A stretch of DNA of 43,482 nucleotides from Candidatus Latescibacterota bacterium (GCA_038279365.1 JAYODI010000051.1:1-43482), one strand, 5' to 3'; shown: positions 17,342 to 25,846, counted from the stretch's first letter. Translations and numbers: made by a program. Notes: generated from the letters alone by a model not told the origin.

Positions 17342-18771
17342 GATTGCTCTGCCTCTTCATCATTTCCAGATATATCATCTATTAAACCTGTCTGTTCTTC
17401 TAAACTTTCTGGCAATTCCACTTCATCTGTTGACTGTCCCACCACATCTTCGCCATCAGCAACATCAGCATCTACAGGCAAAGCATCCAGCACCTCTTCA
17501 GTGACTGTTTCAGCGGCCAAATCCCCTTCGCCCAACTGACCATCACCATCTGCTTGTGCCAGCAAATAGTTCTCAGCTTGAACATCAGCACTTTCTGCTT
17601 CCGTAGGCAAATCTGGCTCGGATTCTGCAGCCACAACACTTTCTGCTTCCGTTACATCTTCCACAGAAATCACAGGTTCAACATTTTCCATTTCAACACC
17701 AGCGGTCACCTCATCAAGGCTTTCTATATCATTTCCTGACAACGGTGCCTCTGACAACACATCTTTCGCAGAAACAATCGCATCTTTATCTTCACCAGCA
17801 GGCAAGGTAGGCGCATCTGCAACCTGAGAGGATTGTGGAACGGTTTCAACAGGTTCAATTACATTTTCATCTATAAACTCAACAGTGCCTTGACCACCCA
17901 CATTGGCAATCACATCCGACACATCGGGTGCCGTTTCTTGGGGTTCATTTTGCAAGCTTTCCAAAATAACACCACGCAATTTCTCTATCCGTGAAACAAG
18001 TTGCCCATCAATATCACCCGATGGGGTTTCAATAATACACCCACCACGTTCTATCGATGCATCGGCTTCAATAATCATAGACTCAATGCGTTCATAAGAT
18101 TCTTGCCAATGTGTTCGATTTGCACGCACAAGCACAAGATCATCGGGATTGACACAAATGGTTAACTGCTTGGTATCTTGCACATGTGCCAAACAATCGC
18201 GCACAGATTGCAAAACCAAATCTTCACGAACATCAGACACGGCACCAATAATATTTTGAGCAATGGCAAAGGCCAACTGTGTCACATCCATATCTGCCGA
18301 TTTAAAAATCCGATCCCATCGATCTGCCAAGTAACCAAGCATGGCTTGAAAACGCGCGATTTCATCTTGGCTTTGTGTTTGGCCTTCGGCCAATCCCACT
18401 TGATATCCTTCTTCATATCCTTGTGCATGCCCAGCTTCAACTCCGGCCTGATGAGCCGATTCTATTGCCTGCTCTTTTTCTTGCAAAAACTGTGCTTCGG
18501 CTTCCCGCAATCTTGCTTCAATCAATCCTTCAACTTCTTCCATCGACAACTTCGGCTCTGCTTCTGTCTCATCCACAACTTCTACTTGTTCGCCCAATGG
18601 TCGAAATGCGACAGATTCTTCGACATCTTGGTTTTGTGCTGCCTCAAAATCTTCTTCAGAAACGGTTTCTTCTTCAGATTCGAAAGGCAACTCAACCATG
18701 CCACGATCCACATGGATAGGCAATACAACAGGCTTGGAGGAAATACGGGCAGTGCGAATGACTCTGTTCAT
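17338..18771 (-). CDS. fliH: Flagellar assembly protein FliH with long acidic C-terminal tail
   Basis: GxxxG repeats (AGVEAGHAQGYEEGYQVGLAEG), VNPDDL, DASIERGGCIIET..GDIDG; overlaps the fliI start. Confidence 0.88.
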   Translation of the reverse strand: MNRVIRTARISSKPVVLPIHVDRGMVELPFESEEETVSEEDFEAAQNQDVEESVAFRPLGEQVEVVDETEAEPKLSMEEVEGLIEARLREAEAQFLQEKEQAIESAHQAGVEAGHAQGYEEGYQVGLAEGQTQSQDEIARFQAMLGYLADRWDRIFKSADMDVTQLAFAIAQNIIGAVSDVREDLVLQSVRDCLAHVQDTKQLTICVNPDDLVLVRANRTHWQESYERIESMIIEADASIERGGCIIETPSGDIDGQLVSRIEKLRGVILESLQNEPQETAPDVSDVIANVGGQGTVEFIDENVIEPVETVPQSSQVADAPTLPAGEDKDAIVSAKDVLSEAPLSGNDIESLDEVTAGVEMENVEPVISVEDVTEAESVVAAESEPDLPTEAESADVQAENYLLAQADGDGQLGEGDLAAETVTEEVLDALPVDADVADGEDVVGQSTDEVELPESLEEQTGLIDDISGNDEEAEQS

Positions 18772-18846
18772 AATATTAAATGACCAACCTTTAGAAACAA
18801 TATGTTCAACAAAGACGCTTTTTGAGCGATGAACGAAAAACCTTTT

Positions 18847-20382
18847 TTATTGACCTTGACGTTGCCGATTTGATGCGTCTTCAATAAGCATCGTACGGAT
18901 CAATTTGGCAGCATCTTCAGGACGTTCCGAAATCAATTGTGCAATACGGCCCAAGATAATCTCATGTGGCGTCTCGGGCAATTCTTCTCCAGCATCATCT
19001 TCTTCCAACTCGCGCTGGGCCTCCATTGCAATTTCTTCTTCACGTGCCACACCGCGTCCAATAGCACCAATAATGGCACGCAATACCAGCAGTGCAATGA
19101 TAATGGCAATACCCTTTGCCACATTGATCACAATATTTGTAATCAATTCATCGCGTTCATTTTCTTTTCGTTTCTTTTCTGCAACCACGCGTAAGTCTTG
19201 AATGGCAAACACAAATCGACTGACCTCCAGTCGGTCTCCTCGGCTTTCATCCATTCCCAAAGCACCACGCACCAAATTGGAAAACTGGAGCATATCATCA
19301 GCTGTACGTGTTTTATACACAGGGTTTTCTGGGTCGGTTGTTGCTTCAGCATCGGGCACCTTGTCATTCAACATCAATGAAGCCGAAATGCGACGAATGC
19401 GCCCAGGTGCACCCGTAATACGCTGAATGGTGCGGTCAATTTCATAGTTTGAAACACTGCGCTCACTTGTGCCAGCCTCAGCAGAAGATTCTTCATTGCG
19501 TTCTTCACTGCGCAACACCGTATTGGCGGGGTCATATCGTTCAACTTCTTCTTGTACTTCTCGAAAATCCAAATCGACCGAGACTTTCAATTTTGCCTGA
19601 TCGGGGCCCAGTACCAAGTCTAAAATCTCTTGTACTTCGCGTTGCATATATCGCTCAACATTGCGCTGGGCTTCAATTTGTTTGGTCGTCATTTGTGCCA
19701 AAGGATCAATTTCTTCAGACAGCATATGACCAGCATTGTCTAACACCGTTATATTCTTTGGATCAAGTCCTTCAACACTGCTGGCCACCAAATTTTGTAT
19801 GGCCTGAATTTGTTGTTTGTCCAACGTCATGCGTGGTCTAAGATTGAGTAATATAGATGCCGTTGCTGGTTTTTGCTGATCTGTAAACAAACTCGGTTTG
19901 GGTGTTACCACATGAAGACGTACATCTTCAACTTGTTCCAATGCCAAAATGGTTTTTTTAAGCTCACCTTCTAAAGCCTGCTGCATCTTTACTTGTTGCA
20001 AAAAGTCTGTCATACCCAAGGGCATGTTATCAAACACTTCGTAACCAATATATCCAGTTTTGGGAAATCCTTCAGTAGCCAATATATTGCGCAATTCGGC
20101 GCGATCACTGTCGGGCACCAAAATGAGCGAACCATCGGCACCTAAGTGAAAATCTTGATTCATCTCACGCAAACGATTAGAAATTTCGCCCGCTTCTTTC
20201 ATGTCAATATCCGTATACAATGGGCGATAAACCGTATCTTCGCCATTCCCACTGCTTGCAACAAGATAGATCAAAAAAATCAAAATGACACCGGCACCCA
20301 CACCGATACCGATTTTTTGATTGCGCCCCATTGCCTCAAACATCTCACGAGCTTTTTCTAAATATGCCCGAATGGCATCCAT
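18847..20382 (-). CDS. fliF: Flagellar MS-ring protein FliF
   Basis: Two TM segments; GYEVFD...GMTDF.Q.....ALEGEL, ATASI.L, LVASSVEGL; C-terminal PEDAAKLIR. Confidence 0.95.
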   Translation of the reverse strand: MDAIRAYLEKAREMFEAMGRNQKIGIGVGAGVILIFLIYLVASSGNGEDTVYRPLYTDIDMKEAGEISNRLREMNQDFHLGADGSLILVPDSDRAELRNILATEGFPKTGYIGYEVFDNMPLGMTDFLQQVKMQQALEGELKKTILALEQVEDVRLHVVTPKPSLFTDQQKPATASILLNLRPRMTLDKQQIQAIQNLVASSVEGLDPKNITVLDNAGHMLSEEIDPLAQMTTKQIEAQRNVERYMQREVQEILDLVLGPDQAKLKVSVDLDFREVQEEVERYDPANTVLRSEERNEESSAEAGTSERSVSNYEIDRTIQRITGAPGRIRRISASLMLNDKVPDAEATTDPENPVYKTRTADDMLQFSNLVRGALGMDESRGDRLEVSRFVFAIQDLRVVAEKKRKENERDELITNIVINVAKGIAIIIALLVLRAIIGAIGRGVAREEEIAMEAQRELEEDDAGEELPETPHEIILGRIAQLISERPEDAAKLIRTMLIEDASNRQRQGQ

Positions 20383-20473
20383 AAAACAAACTCCTTAAAA
20401 TCGGTCTCAGGTTACAAATCGAAATCATGATCTTTTAAGATTCTGACTTGTGACTTGCAGACCTGTAACCAGT

Positions 20474-20833
20474 CTATACCTGAATTCTCATAATTTCTTG
20501 AAAAGCTTCTTGTGTTCTGTTGCGCACTTCAATCATCAAATCAAGCGCCAAACCAGCCTCTTGAACAGCCACCATCACTTGATGTACATCGGTAATTTCA
20601 CCAGCAGCAAACGCGTCAATTGTTTTGCCTGCCCGAATTTGGTGGGCATTGACGTCACTTGCAAAGCCCTTTACCAAATCTGAAAAACTGGCTTCTTTGG
20701 GTGGCTCCGAAAGCGAAACAACATTTTCCTTATCTTGCGGAGAGGCTATTTTCTGTGCCACACCCTGTTCCAAACTTCGGAACGACTGGCCAGAAGGCCC
20801 AGACAGTGCAGAATAGATGCTTGAAATGGCCAT
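20474..20833 (-). CDS. fliE: Flagellar hook-basal body protein FliE
   Basis: SFSDL....V...Q..A....FAAGEITDVHQVMVA.QEA.LAL....EVRNR...AFQEIMRIQV. Confidence 0.93.
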   Translation of the reverse strand: MAISSIYSALSGPSGQSFRSLEQGVAQKIASPQDKENVVSLSEPPKEASFSDLVKGFASDVNAHQIRAGKTIDAFAAGEITDVHQVMVAVQEAGLALDLMIEVRNRTQEAFQEIMRIQV

Positions 20834-20835
20834 CT

Positions 20836-21591
20836 TCAAATGCCCTCTTGATCCAACAAATTTTTAATGCGCATCACTTTGGGAATATATCGCCGCGTTT
20901 CTAAAGGCAGTTGCTTACGTTTCACCAACTCTGGCCCAGCATTATATGCCCACAAGGCCAAGTCGGGGCTACCAAATTGTTCTAATAAACGCTTCAAATA
21001 ACGCGTACCACCAAAAATATTTTGTGCAGGATCATGTGGGCGACGCACACCCATATCACTTGCGGTTTCAGGCATCAACTGCATAAGCCCCATAGCCCCA
21101 GCAACAGAAACGGCCTCAGGATCGCCCGCTGATTCGACGTAAATAACAGCGCGAACCAAATTGGGATCCAGTTCGTGAATGCGGCTATAATGCCGGATAT
21201 AAACATCATATTGTTTAATTTTTTGCATGATGTCTGAACCAACACCCGACATCGAAGATTCATCGGCGATCACAGGCTTTAAGACAACTTTTGGAGAAGG
21301 TGCTAAAGAGGGGATTGTTTCTGCTTTGGGTTTAAACTCGGGCAAAATATCTTGTGTATTGTCATCGGGCACATCTTCTAATTGTGGCACAGCATAAGGA
21401 CGCCCCGTACTACGCGCCAAAATCATCTGTGCAAAGGTGGGGGTATAACTGCGCTTTACAAACGCATCTGGATGCATCTGTTTCGTCACTTCTTCAGCTT
21501 GAACAGAGACACTTAAAAGTAAAAAAAAGAACACGTGCATCAATTTACCCATAAATTGTTTTTTGAAAAGATGACTGATAATCGTAAACAT
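20836..21591 (-). CDS. Lytic transglycosylase (SLT domain), probably exported; true start may be further in, at MGKLM/MHVFF
   Basis: VIYVES.GDP.AVS.AGAMGLMQLMP.TA, NIFGGTRYL, AYNAGP; signal-like segment MHVFFFLLLSVSVQA. Confidence 0.9.
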   Translation of the reverse strand: MFTIISHLFKKQFMGKLMHVFFFLLLSVSVQAEEVTKQMHPDAFVKRSYTPTFAQMILARSTGRPYAVPQLEDVPDDNTQDILPEFKPKAETIPSLAPSPKVVLKPVIADESSMSGVGSDIMQKIKQYDVYIRHYSRIHELDPNLVRAVIYVESAGDPEAVSVAGAMGLMQLMPETASDMGVRRPHDPAQNIFGGTRYLKRLLEQFGSPDLALWAYNAGPELVKRKQLPLETRRYIPKVMRIKNLLDQEGI

Positions 21592-21878
21592 TATGCGTGT
21601 ACATCCAAGTGAATACCCCGCACTGCTGGGGTGGCTTGTGCTTTTGTTGCACCTTGCCCCGTATACATATTTTTGCGAGCCGTTTGAAACAAAGTTGCAA
21701 TGGCCATATTTTCTTCATCGTTCAACACACCCTTAATGCTTCCTACTTGTGGCGTGTGCTCAGGTTTACGCGTTGGTTGCATCCGATTGGGTGCAGCAGA
21801 TACATGAGATGTAATATCTAATTGTCCACCCAAACCGCGTAAGGTTGAAACAGAAGATGTTGTTGTGTTAATATTCAT
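21591..21878 (-). CDS. Hypothetical ~95-aa protein in the flagellar operon
   Basis: GGAG RBS before ATG 21878; co-oriented between flgB and the SLT gene; ends in GIHLDVHA. Confidence 0.7.
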   Translation of the reverse strand: MNINTTTSSVSTLRGLGGQLDITSHVSAAPNRMQPTRKPEHTPQVGSIKGVLNDEENMAIATLFQTARKNMYTGQGATKAQATPAVRGIHLDVHA

Positions 21879-21920
21879 CGCAAACTCCATACATTCAAAT
21901 CAGATTCAATATCTCAAAGA

Positions 21921-22340
21921 CTATGCACGAACCTGCCCAGAAATACTCTTACGTAACCCCTGAAACTGCCCAGATAACAAACGCGCACCCACATTATAAA
22001 GCAAATGATTTTGAGCCAAATTGGACATTTCCATATCCACATCTACATTATTAATACCCGTTGAGTTGGGGCCTGCATCGGGTTGATAAATACGCGGTGC
22101 CTTATGTGCATCATTGCCCAAAAGCATATGGCGTGCGTCTGTTCGGGTACCTGCAATCTTGGGTTTGACAACTTGCGAACGCAAATAGCTTGCAAAATTG
22201 ACATCTTTGCGTTTGTAATTCACCGTAGAAGCATTTGAAATGTTGTTTGACAATGCACGATGGCGCAAAGAGGTCACATTGAGTGCCTTATTGAGCAGTG
22301 GAACACGTGTTTTATCAAAAATAAGATTGCGAACAAGCAT
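21921..22340 (-). CDS. fliB-like not applicable: Flagellar basal-body rod protein FlgB
   Basis: LNKAL....LRH.ALSNNISNAST.NYKRKDVNF, NNVDVDMEM..LAQN.L.Y; AGGAG RBS. Gene symbol is flgB. Confidence 0.93.
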   Translation of the reverse strand: MLVRNLIFDKTRVPLLNKALNVTSLRHRALSNNISNASTVNYKRKDVNFASYLRSQVVKPKIAGTRTDARHMLLGNDAHKAPRIYQPDAGPNSTGINNVDVDMEMSNLAQNHLLYNVGARLLSGQFQGLRKSISGQVRA

Positions 22341-22388
22341 GTAACAACTCCTTGATAAATCCCAAGATATTGATTCGTTTTATATTTA

Positions 22389-22405
22389 AGCAACATGTAT
22401 GCCCA
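22389..22405 (-). promoter_or_regulatory. sigma-54 (-24/-12) promoter of the flgB operon
   Basis: Minus strand TGGGCATACATGTTGCT has exact GG-N10-GC spacing (GG 22403-22402, GC 22391-22390), about 50 bp before flgB. Confidence 0.75.
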
Positions 22406-22651
22406 AAACTACGCACCTAAATTAAACAATTTTAAGTTATTGTTTTTTTTAATCTTGATAAATTTCAAGAAATTTAAAAATGATCTTTTAACAGGTAAAA
22501 CCTTCCCTTACTTCGGCAGGTTTTGCGACCCCAAATTTTGTTTTCGTCCTCGTTGATCCAATCATAATTGTTATATTAAATGTCCAATTACAATTCTCTA
22601 GATGACAAAATACAACCCATACTCTGAATGGATCAGGTGGTATTTATTCCT

Positions 22652-23329
22652 ATGTTAACCCCTGAAGAATGGCATATTTTAGCATTGTCTTTACGCGTGG
22701 GTCTACTGTGCGTAGCCATCAGCTTGCCCTTTGGCATTTTTTTAGGGTGGCTTTTGGCACGCCACAATTTTCGCGGCAAGGTATTATTTGACAGCATCTT
22801 ACACTTGCCATTGGTATTGCCACCGGTCGTAACAGGTTATGTGTTGCTCGTCTTTTTTGGGCGGCGTGGATTTTTGGGTAAGGTCTTAAACGATTGGTTT
22901 GATATTCAGCTCTCATTCACCTGGAAAGGGGCCGTATTGGCTTCGGCGGTGGTCGGTTTTCCGCTTATGTTGCGCGCCATTCGCTTGGCCATCGAAAACA
23001 TCGATCCCAAGCTCGAACGTGCCGCCCGTACTTTAGGTGCCTCTCCTCTACACGTTTTTACCACCATCACATTGCGCTTGGCCACACCCGGTATTTTAAT
23101 GGGTGCCTTATTAACATTTGCACGCAGTTTGGGCGAATTTGGGGCAACCATCACGTTTGCCGCCAATATTTCAGGTGAAACCCGCACCTTGCCATTGGCT
23201 ATTTATACCTTTCTCAATCAACCAGGTGGCGAAGATCCAGCATTGCGTTTGGTCATTATCTCTGCCCTTATTTCATTGGGCGCATTAATTGGCAGTGAAT
23301 GGGTAACTCGGCGTTTACAAAAGGTTTAA
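22652..23329 (+). CDS. modB: Molybdate ABC transporter permease
   Basis: LPLVLPPVVTGY, AARTLGAS, FARSLGEFGAT..AANI.GETRTLPLAIY. Confidence 0.95.
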   Translation: MLTPEEWHILALSLRVGLLCVAISLPFGIFLGWLLARHNFRGKVLFDSILHLPLVLPPVVTGYVLLVFFGRRGFLGKVLNDWFDIQLSFTWKGAVLASAVVGFPLMLRAIRLAIENIDPKLERAARTLGASPLHVFTTITLRLATPGILMGALLTFARSLGEFGATITFAANISGETRTLPLAIYTFLNQPGGEDPALRLVIISALISLGALIGSEWVTRRLQKV

Positions 23330-23330
23330 C

Positions 23331-24392
23331 GTGCTCAAAATTCAAATTCAAAAACAACTATCAACCTTTACACTCCAAGTCGATGTGACATGCCCATACC
23401 CTGTCACAGCCATCTTTGGCCCTTCGGGTTCGGGCAAAACAACCCTACTCAACCTCATCAGTGGTTTAGATCATCCCGACACGGGCGAGATCATCCTAAA
23501 CGACACCGTTCTGTATTCCACATCGCAACACATCAATCTACCACCCGAAAAACGCCGCATCGGTTACGTCTTTCAAGACGATTTGCTTTTTCCACATCTC
23601 ACTGTTCGCCAAAATCTGCTTTATGGGTATCACCTGCAAAAGAGCCAAAATCAACGCTTTGAACCCCAAGCCATCATAGACCTGCTGGAACTTCAGCTCT
23701 TGCTCACCCGATACCCTCAAAATCTATCTGGCGGTGAAAAACAGCGCGTTGCATTGGGGCGTGCCATTTTAGCATCTCCCCAACTATTAATTATGGATGA
23801 ACCATTAGCCGCACTTGACCAATCCCTCAAAGACCGCATCATCCCCTATTTGCGCAACATTCGCACCCATCTCAATATTCCCATTTTATATGTGAGCCAC
23901 TCCGTGGCCGAAATTTTGCAACTCACCGGTCAAGTACTTGTTTTACAAAAAGGCCAAGTCTTAGCACATGGCGATTTTTTTGATATCGCCCACCAAACCC
24001 ACGTCCTGCCCCTGCTTGAAGCCCACGGGTTTGAAAATGTGCTCCCCGTTGAAGTCATTGATGATACCCATGTGTTATACAACACCCACACCCTGCGCAT
24101 CCCACCGTGCAACCGCCCACCCAAAACACCTATTTTTATTGGCATTCGTGCCAATGATATCATTTTAAGCCGCGAACACCCTTCAGGGTTGAGCATTCGC
24201 AATGCCATGCCCGGAAAAATTCTCGACATTGTCGAAACCGAAGGCCGCCAACTCGTTTACATCGACTCAGGCAAACGCTTGGCCGTTGAAGTAACACAAG
24301 AAGCCATTGACGAATTAAACCTCAAACCCAATGACCCCATCATTTGCCTCATCAAAACCCATTCGATTCGCATTGGCCCAAATGTGGAATAA
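23331..24392 (+). CDS. modC: Molybdate ABC transporter ATPase
   Basis: GPSGSGKT, LSGGEKQR, MDEPLAALD, C-terminal Mop/TOBE region with the SIRN motif. Confidence 0.95.
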   Translation: MLKIQIQKQLSTFTLQVDVTCPYPVTAIFGPSGSGKTTLLNLISGLDHPDTGEIILNDTVLYSTSQHINLPPEKRRIGYVFQDDLLFPHLTVRQNLLYGYHLQKSQNQRFEPQAIIDLLELQLLLTRYPQNLSGGEKQRVALGRAILASPQLLIMDEPLAALDQSLKDRIIPYLRNIRTHLNIPILYVSHSVAEILQLTGQVLVLQKGQVLAHGDFFDIAHQTHVLPLLEAHGFENVLPVEVIDDTHVLYNTHTLRIPPCNRPPKTPIFIGIRANDIILSREHPSGLSIRNAMPGKILDIVETEGRQLVYIDSGKRLAVEVTQEAIDELNLKPNDPIICLIKTHSIRIGPNVE

Positions 24393-24413
24393 TTAAAATG
24401 CGGCCCACAACAC

Positions 24414-24444
24414 AAAAAGCCACCCCTGAATGGAGTGGCTTTTT
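24414..24444 (+). terminator. Intrinsic terminator after modC
   Basis: AAAAAGCCAC-N11-GTGGCTTTTT. Confidence 0.75.
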
Positions 24445-24652
24445 GCTTCAACAAAATTCAACAATTTAAAATAACTCATTTTTTTAAGATTTTTTGAAAC
24501 CTACATCCCAACAGCCCTGTCTTAAGTATGACACGTGTAAAAATTGTTATATTGAATCATTTTTGATGTGCTTTTTTGTTACCTTTTGGCCAAAAGTGCA
24601 TCCTAAAACATGTAACACTGAAAAGAAAATGTGATGAAATCAAAATTCATTC

Positions 24653-24681
24653 TTGACGATCTGCAATTCATGCACTATCTT
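24653..24681 (+). promoter_or_regulatory. sigma70-type promoter reading into the structured region
   Basis: TTGACG-17 bp-TATCTT. Confidence 0.6.
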
Positions 24682-24784
24682 TTCCCATCTGTAGTTTGCA
24701 AATTCGCCCATCACTCACAATCTTTAACTTTGGAATCCATCGTGTATATCAAAGCCTGCAAAAGCGAACCATTGGGCTAATTTT

Positions 24785-25028
24785 CCTGGAGTAACTCCAG
24801 GGTAGCACATTCACGCAAGAGGTCTCAACCTTCAACACCAATTGCTCTGTATATGTTGCCTTGACTCGTTCCTTCCAGGATGCCCACAAAAGCATTCAGG
24901 TGCCCGTCTGTGCCTGGGGAGGAGAACGAGGTATATCATGTCCGAATAGGACAATACCAACCATCCTTTACCAGGGTGGTATTTTTTATGCCGCAGCGGC
25001 GCCTCGCACTGCGGCTTTTGCGTTTTTT
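24785..25028 (+). ncRNA. Candidate structured ncRNA or long leader with terminator-like hairpins
   Basis: Stems CCTGGAG/CTCCAGG (24785-24801), CTCGTTC/GAACGAG (24865-24930, multibranch), TGTCC/GGACA (24939-24953), CCATCCT/AGGGTGG plus T-run (24961-24987), GCCGCAG/CTGCGGC plus T-run (24990-25028). No credible ORF. Confidence 0.45.
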
Positions 25029-25138
25029 AGAAAGGAGGTGTACCGCGTTCCAATACATTCATAAAACACGAAATATCAGATACTTGGCATTTGAATTGTA
25101 TCAAAAAGGAAGGAGGGATGTCTGATATGAAAGCTTAT

Positions 25139-25220
25139 AAAATAGAAAGGCCCTCACGCGAGTCTTTGGCGGGACGACGTGAGGACCCCAAATCACACCG
25201 ACAGGTACATCCGGTGTTTT
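25139..25220 (-). ncRNA. Candidate ~80-nt antisense sRNA (CopA/Inc-like CGCCAA loop)
   Basis: Minus strand: weak TTGCGG-17-TAAATT promoter, hairpin ACACCG/CGGUGU, then long hairpin GGUCCUCACG..GUC[CCGCCAAA]GAC..CGUGAGGGCC followed by UUUCUAUUUU. Confidence 0.5.
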
Positions 25221-25300
25221 GCATAATTTAGGACAAATAATTGATAACCGCAACAATATAATATGGTTGTGTCAAATCCGACACACCTCAGGAGACAAAA

Positions 25301-25501
25301 ATGAGCCCATTAAACCGCTCCTCACGAAACACAGAAATACGTCAGGCACTCAAAGCACATGCCATGTGCACATTCGCAGTCTTTGCACTGGTCATCGGTG
25401 CCTATACACTGGTCTTTTTACAAGACCTGCTAACAGGTCCATCGCCAACTCCTGTTGCCCATGTAGAAACCGAACATTATTTAGCCAATTATGGCCCTTA
25501 A
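25301..25501 (+). CDS. Small single-TM membrane protein (66 aa), paralog 1
   Basis: AGGAG RBS 7 nt before ATG; hydrophobic stretch MCTFAVFALVIGAYTLVFL; clear similarity to the next ORF. Confidence 0.75.
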   Translation: MSPLNRSSRNTEIRQALKAHAMCTFAVFALVIGAYTLVFLQDLLTGPSPTPVAHVETEHYLANYGP

Positions 25502-25557
25502 CAAAAATACAACTCGGGCATCCATTTAAACACGATGCCCACGAAAAGAGGAATTTC

Positions 25558-25764
25558 ATGCAAACATGGAAAGAAGTCTTTAGCCGAGAAGAAGAACGTC
25601 AAAACTTAAAAAACATCGGATTTTGCCTGCTCGTTGTCCTGACATTGGTAGTCGGGGCCTTCGCACTCACATCATTACAAATTTTCTTTGAACAATCGCG
25701 CAACACAGCTGGCGAATGGGCCGAATCGACCCCGTCAGAGTGGGCCGATGAAGTCAGAAAATAG
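25558..25764 (+). CDS. Small single-TM membrane protein (68 aa), paralog 2
   Basis: AGAGGA RBS before ATG 25558 (MQTWKEVF...); hydrophobic stretch IGFCLLVVLTLVVGAFAL. Confidence 0.75.
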   Translation: MQTWKEVFSREEERQNLKNIGFCLLVVLTLVVGAFALTSLQIFFEQSRNTAGEWAESTPSEWADEVRK

Positions 25765-25846
25765 ATGAAGGCAAAACAGATTGAGAAAGAAAACATCCAA
25801 ACCCTCTTTCTCCTCACTTTCCACTTTTAAAATCGAGAGTTTAACC

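Noticed and set aside
20405-20470. Short TGACTTG repeats and a GGTTACA/TGTAACC stem between fliE and fliF
   Set aside because: Only two or three degenerate units; no function can be supported.
22513-22527. sigma-54 promoter on the + strand for modB (GGCAGGTTTTGC)
   Set aside because: GG-GC spacing is 8 nt, not the required 10.
24972-25048. T-box riboswitch (AGGGTGGTA and GGTGTACCGCG resemble the T-box word)
   Set aside because: Neither is a full GGTGGNACCGCG, no stem I/specifier motifs are visible, and the downstream genes are not amino-acid related.
24861-25125. Short ORFs of 67 aa and 81 aa
   Set aside because: No RBS, no protein-like features, and they cross terminator-like hairpins; better explained as structured RNA.
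25219-25764. 181-aa ORF from the track as a single gene
   Set aside because: TTG start without an RBS, and it overlaps ORF 25301-25501 in another frame. Only the last 68 codons (ATG 25558, own RBS, paralogous to the upstream ORF) look real.
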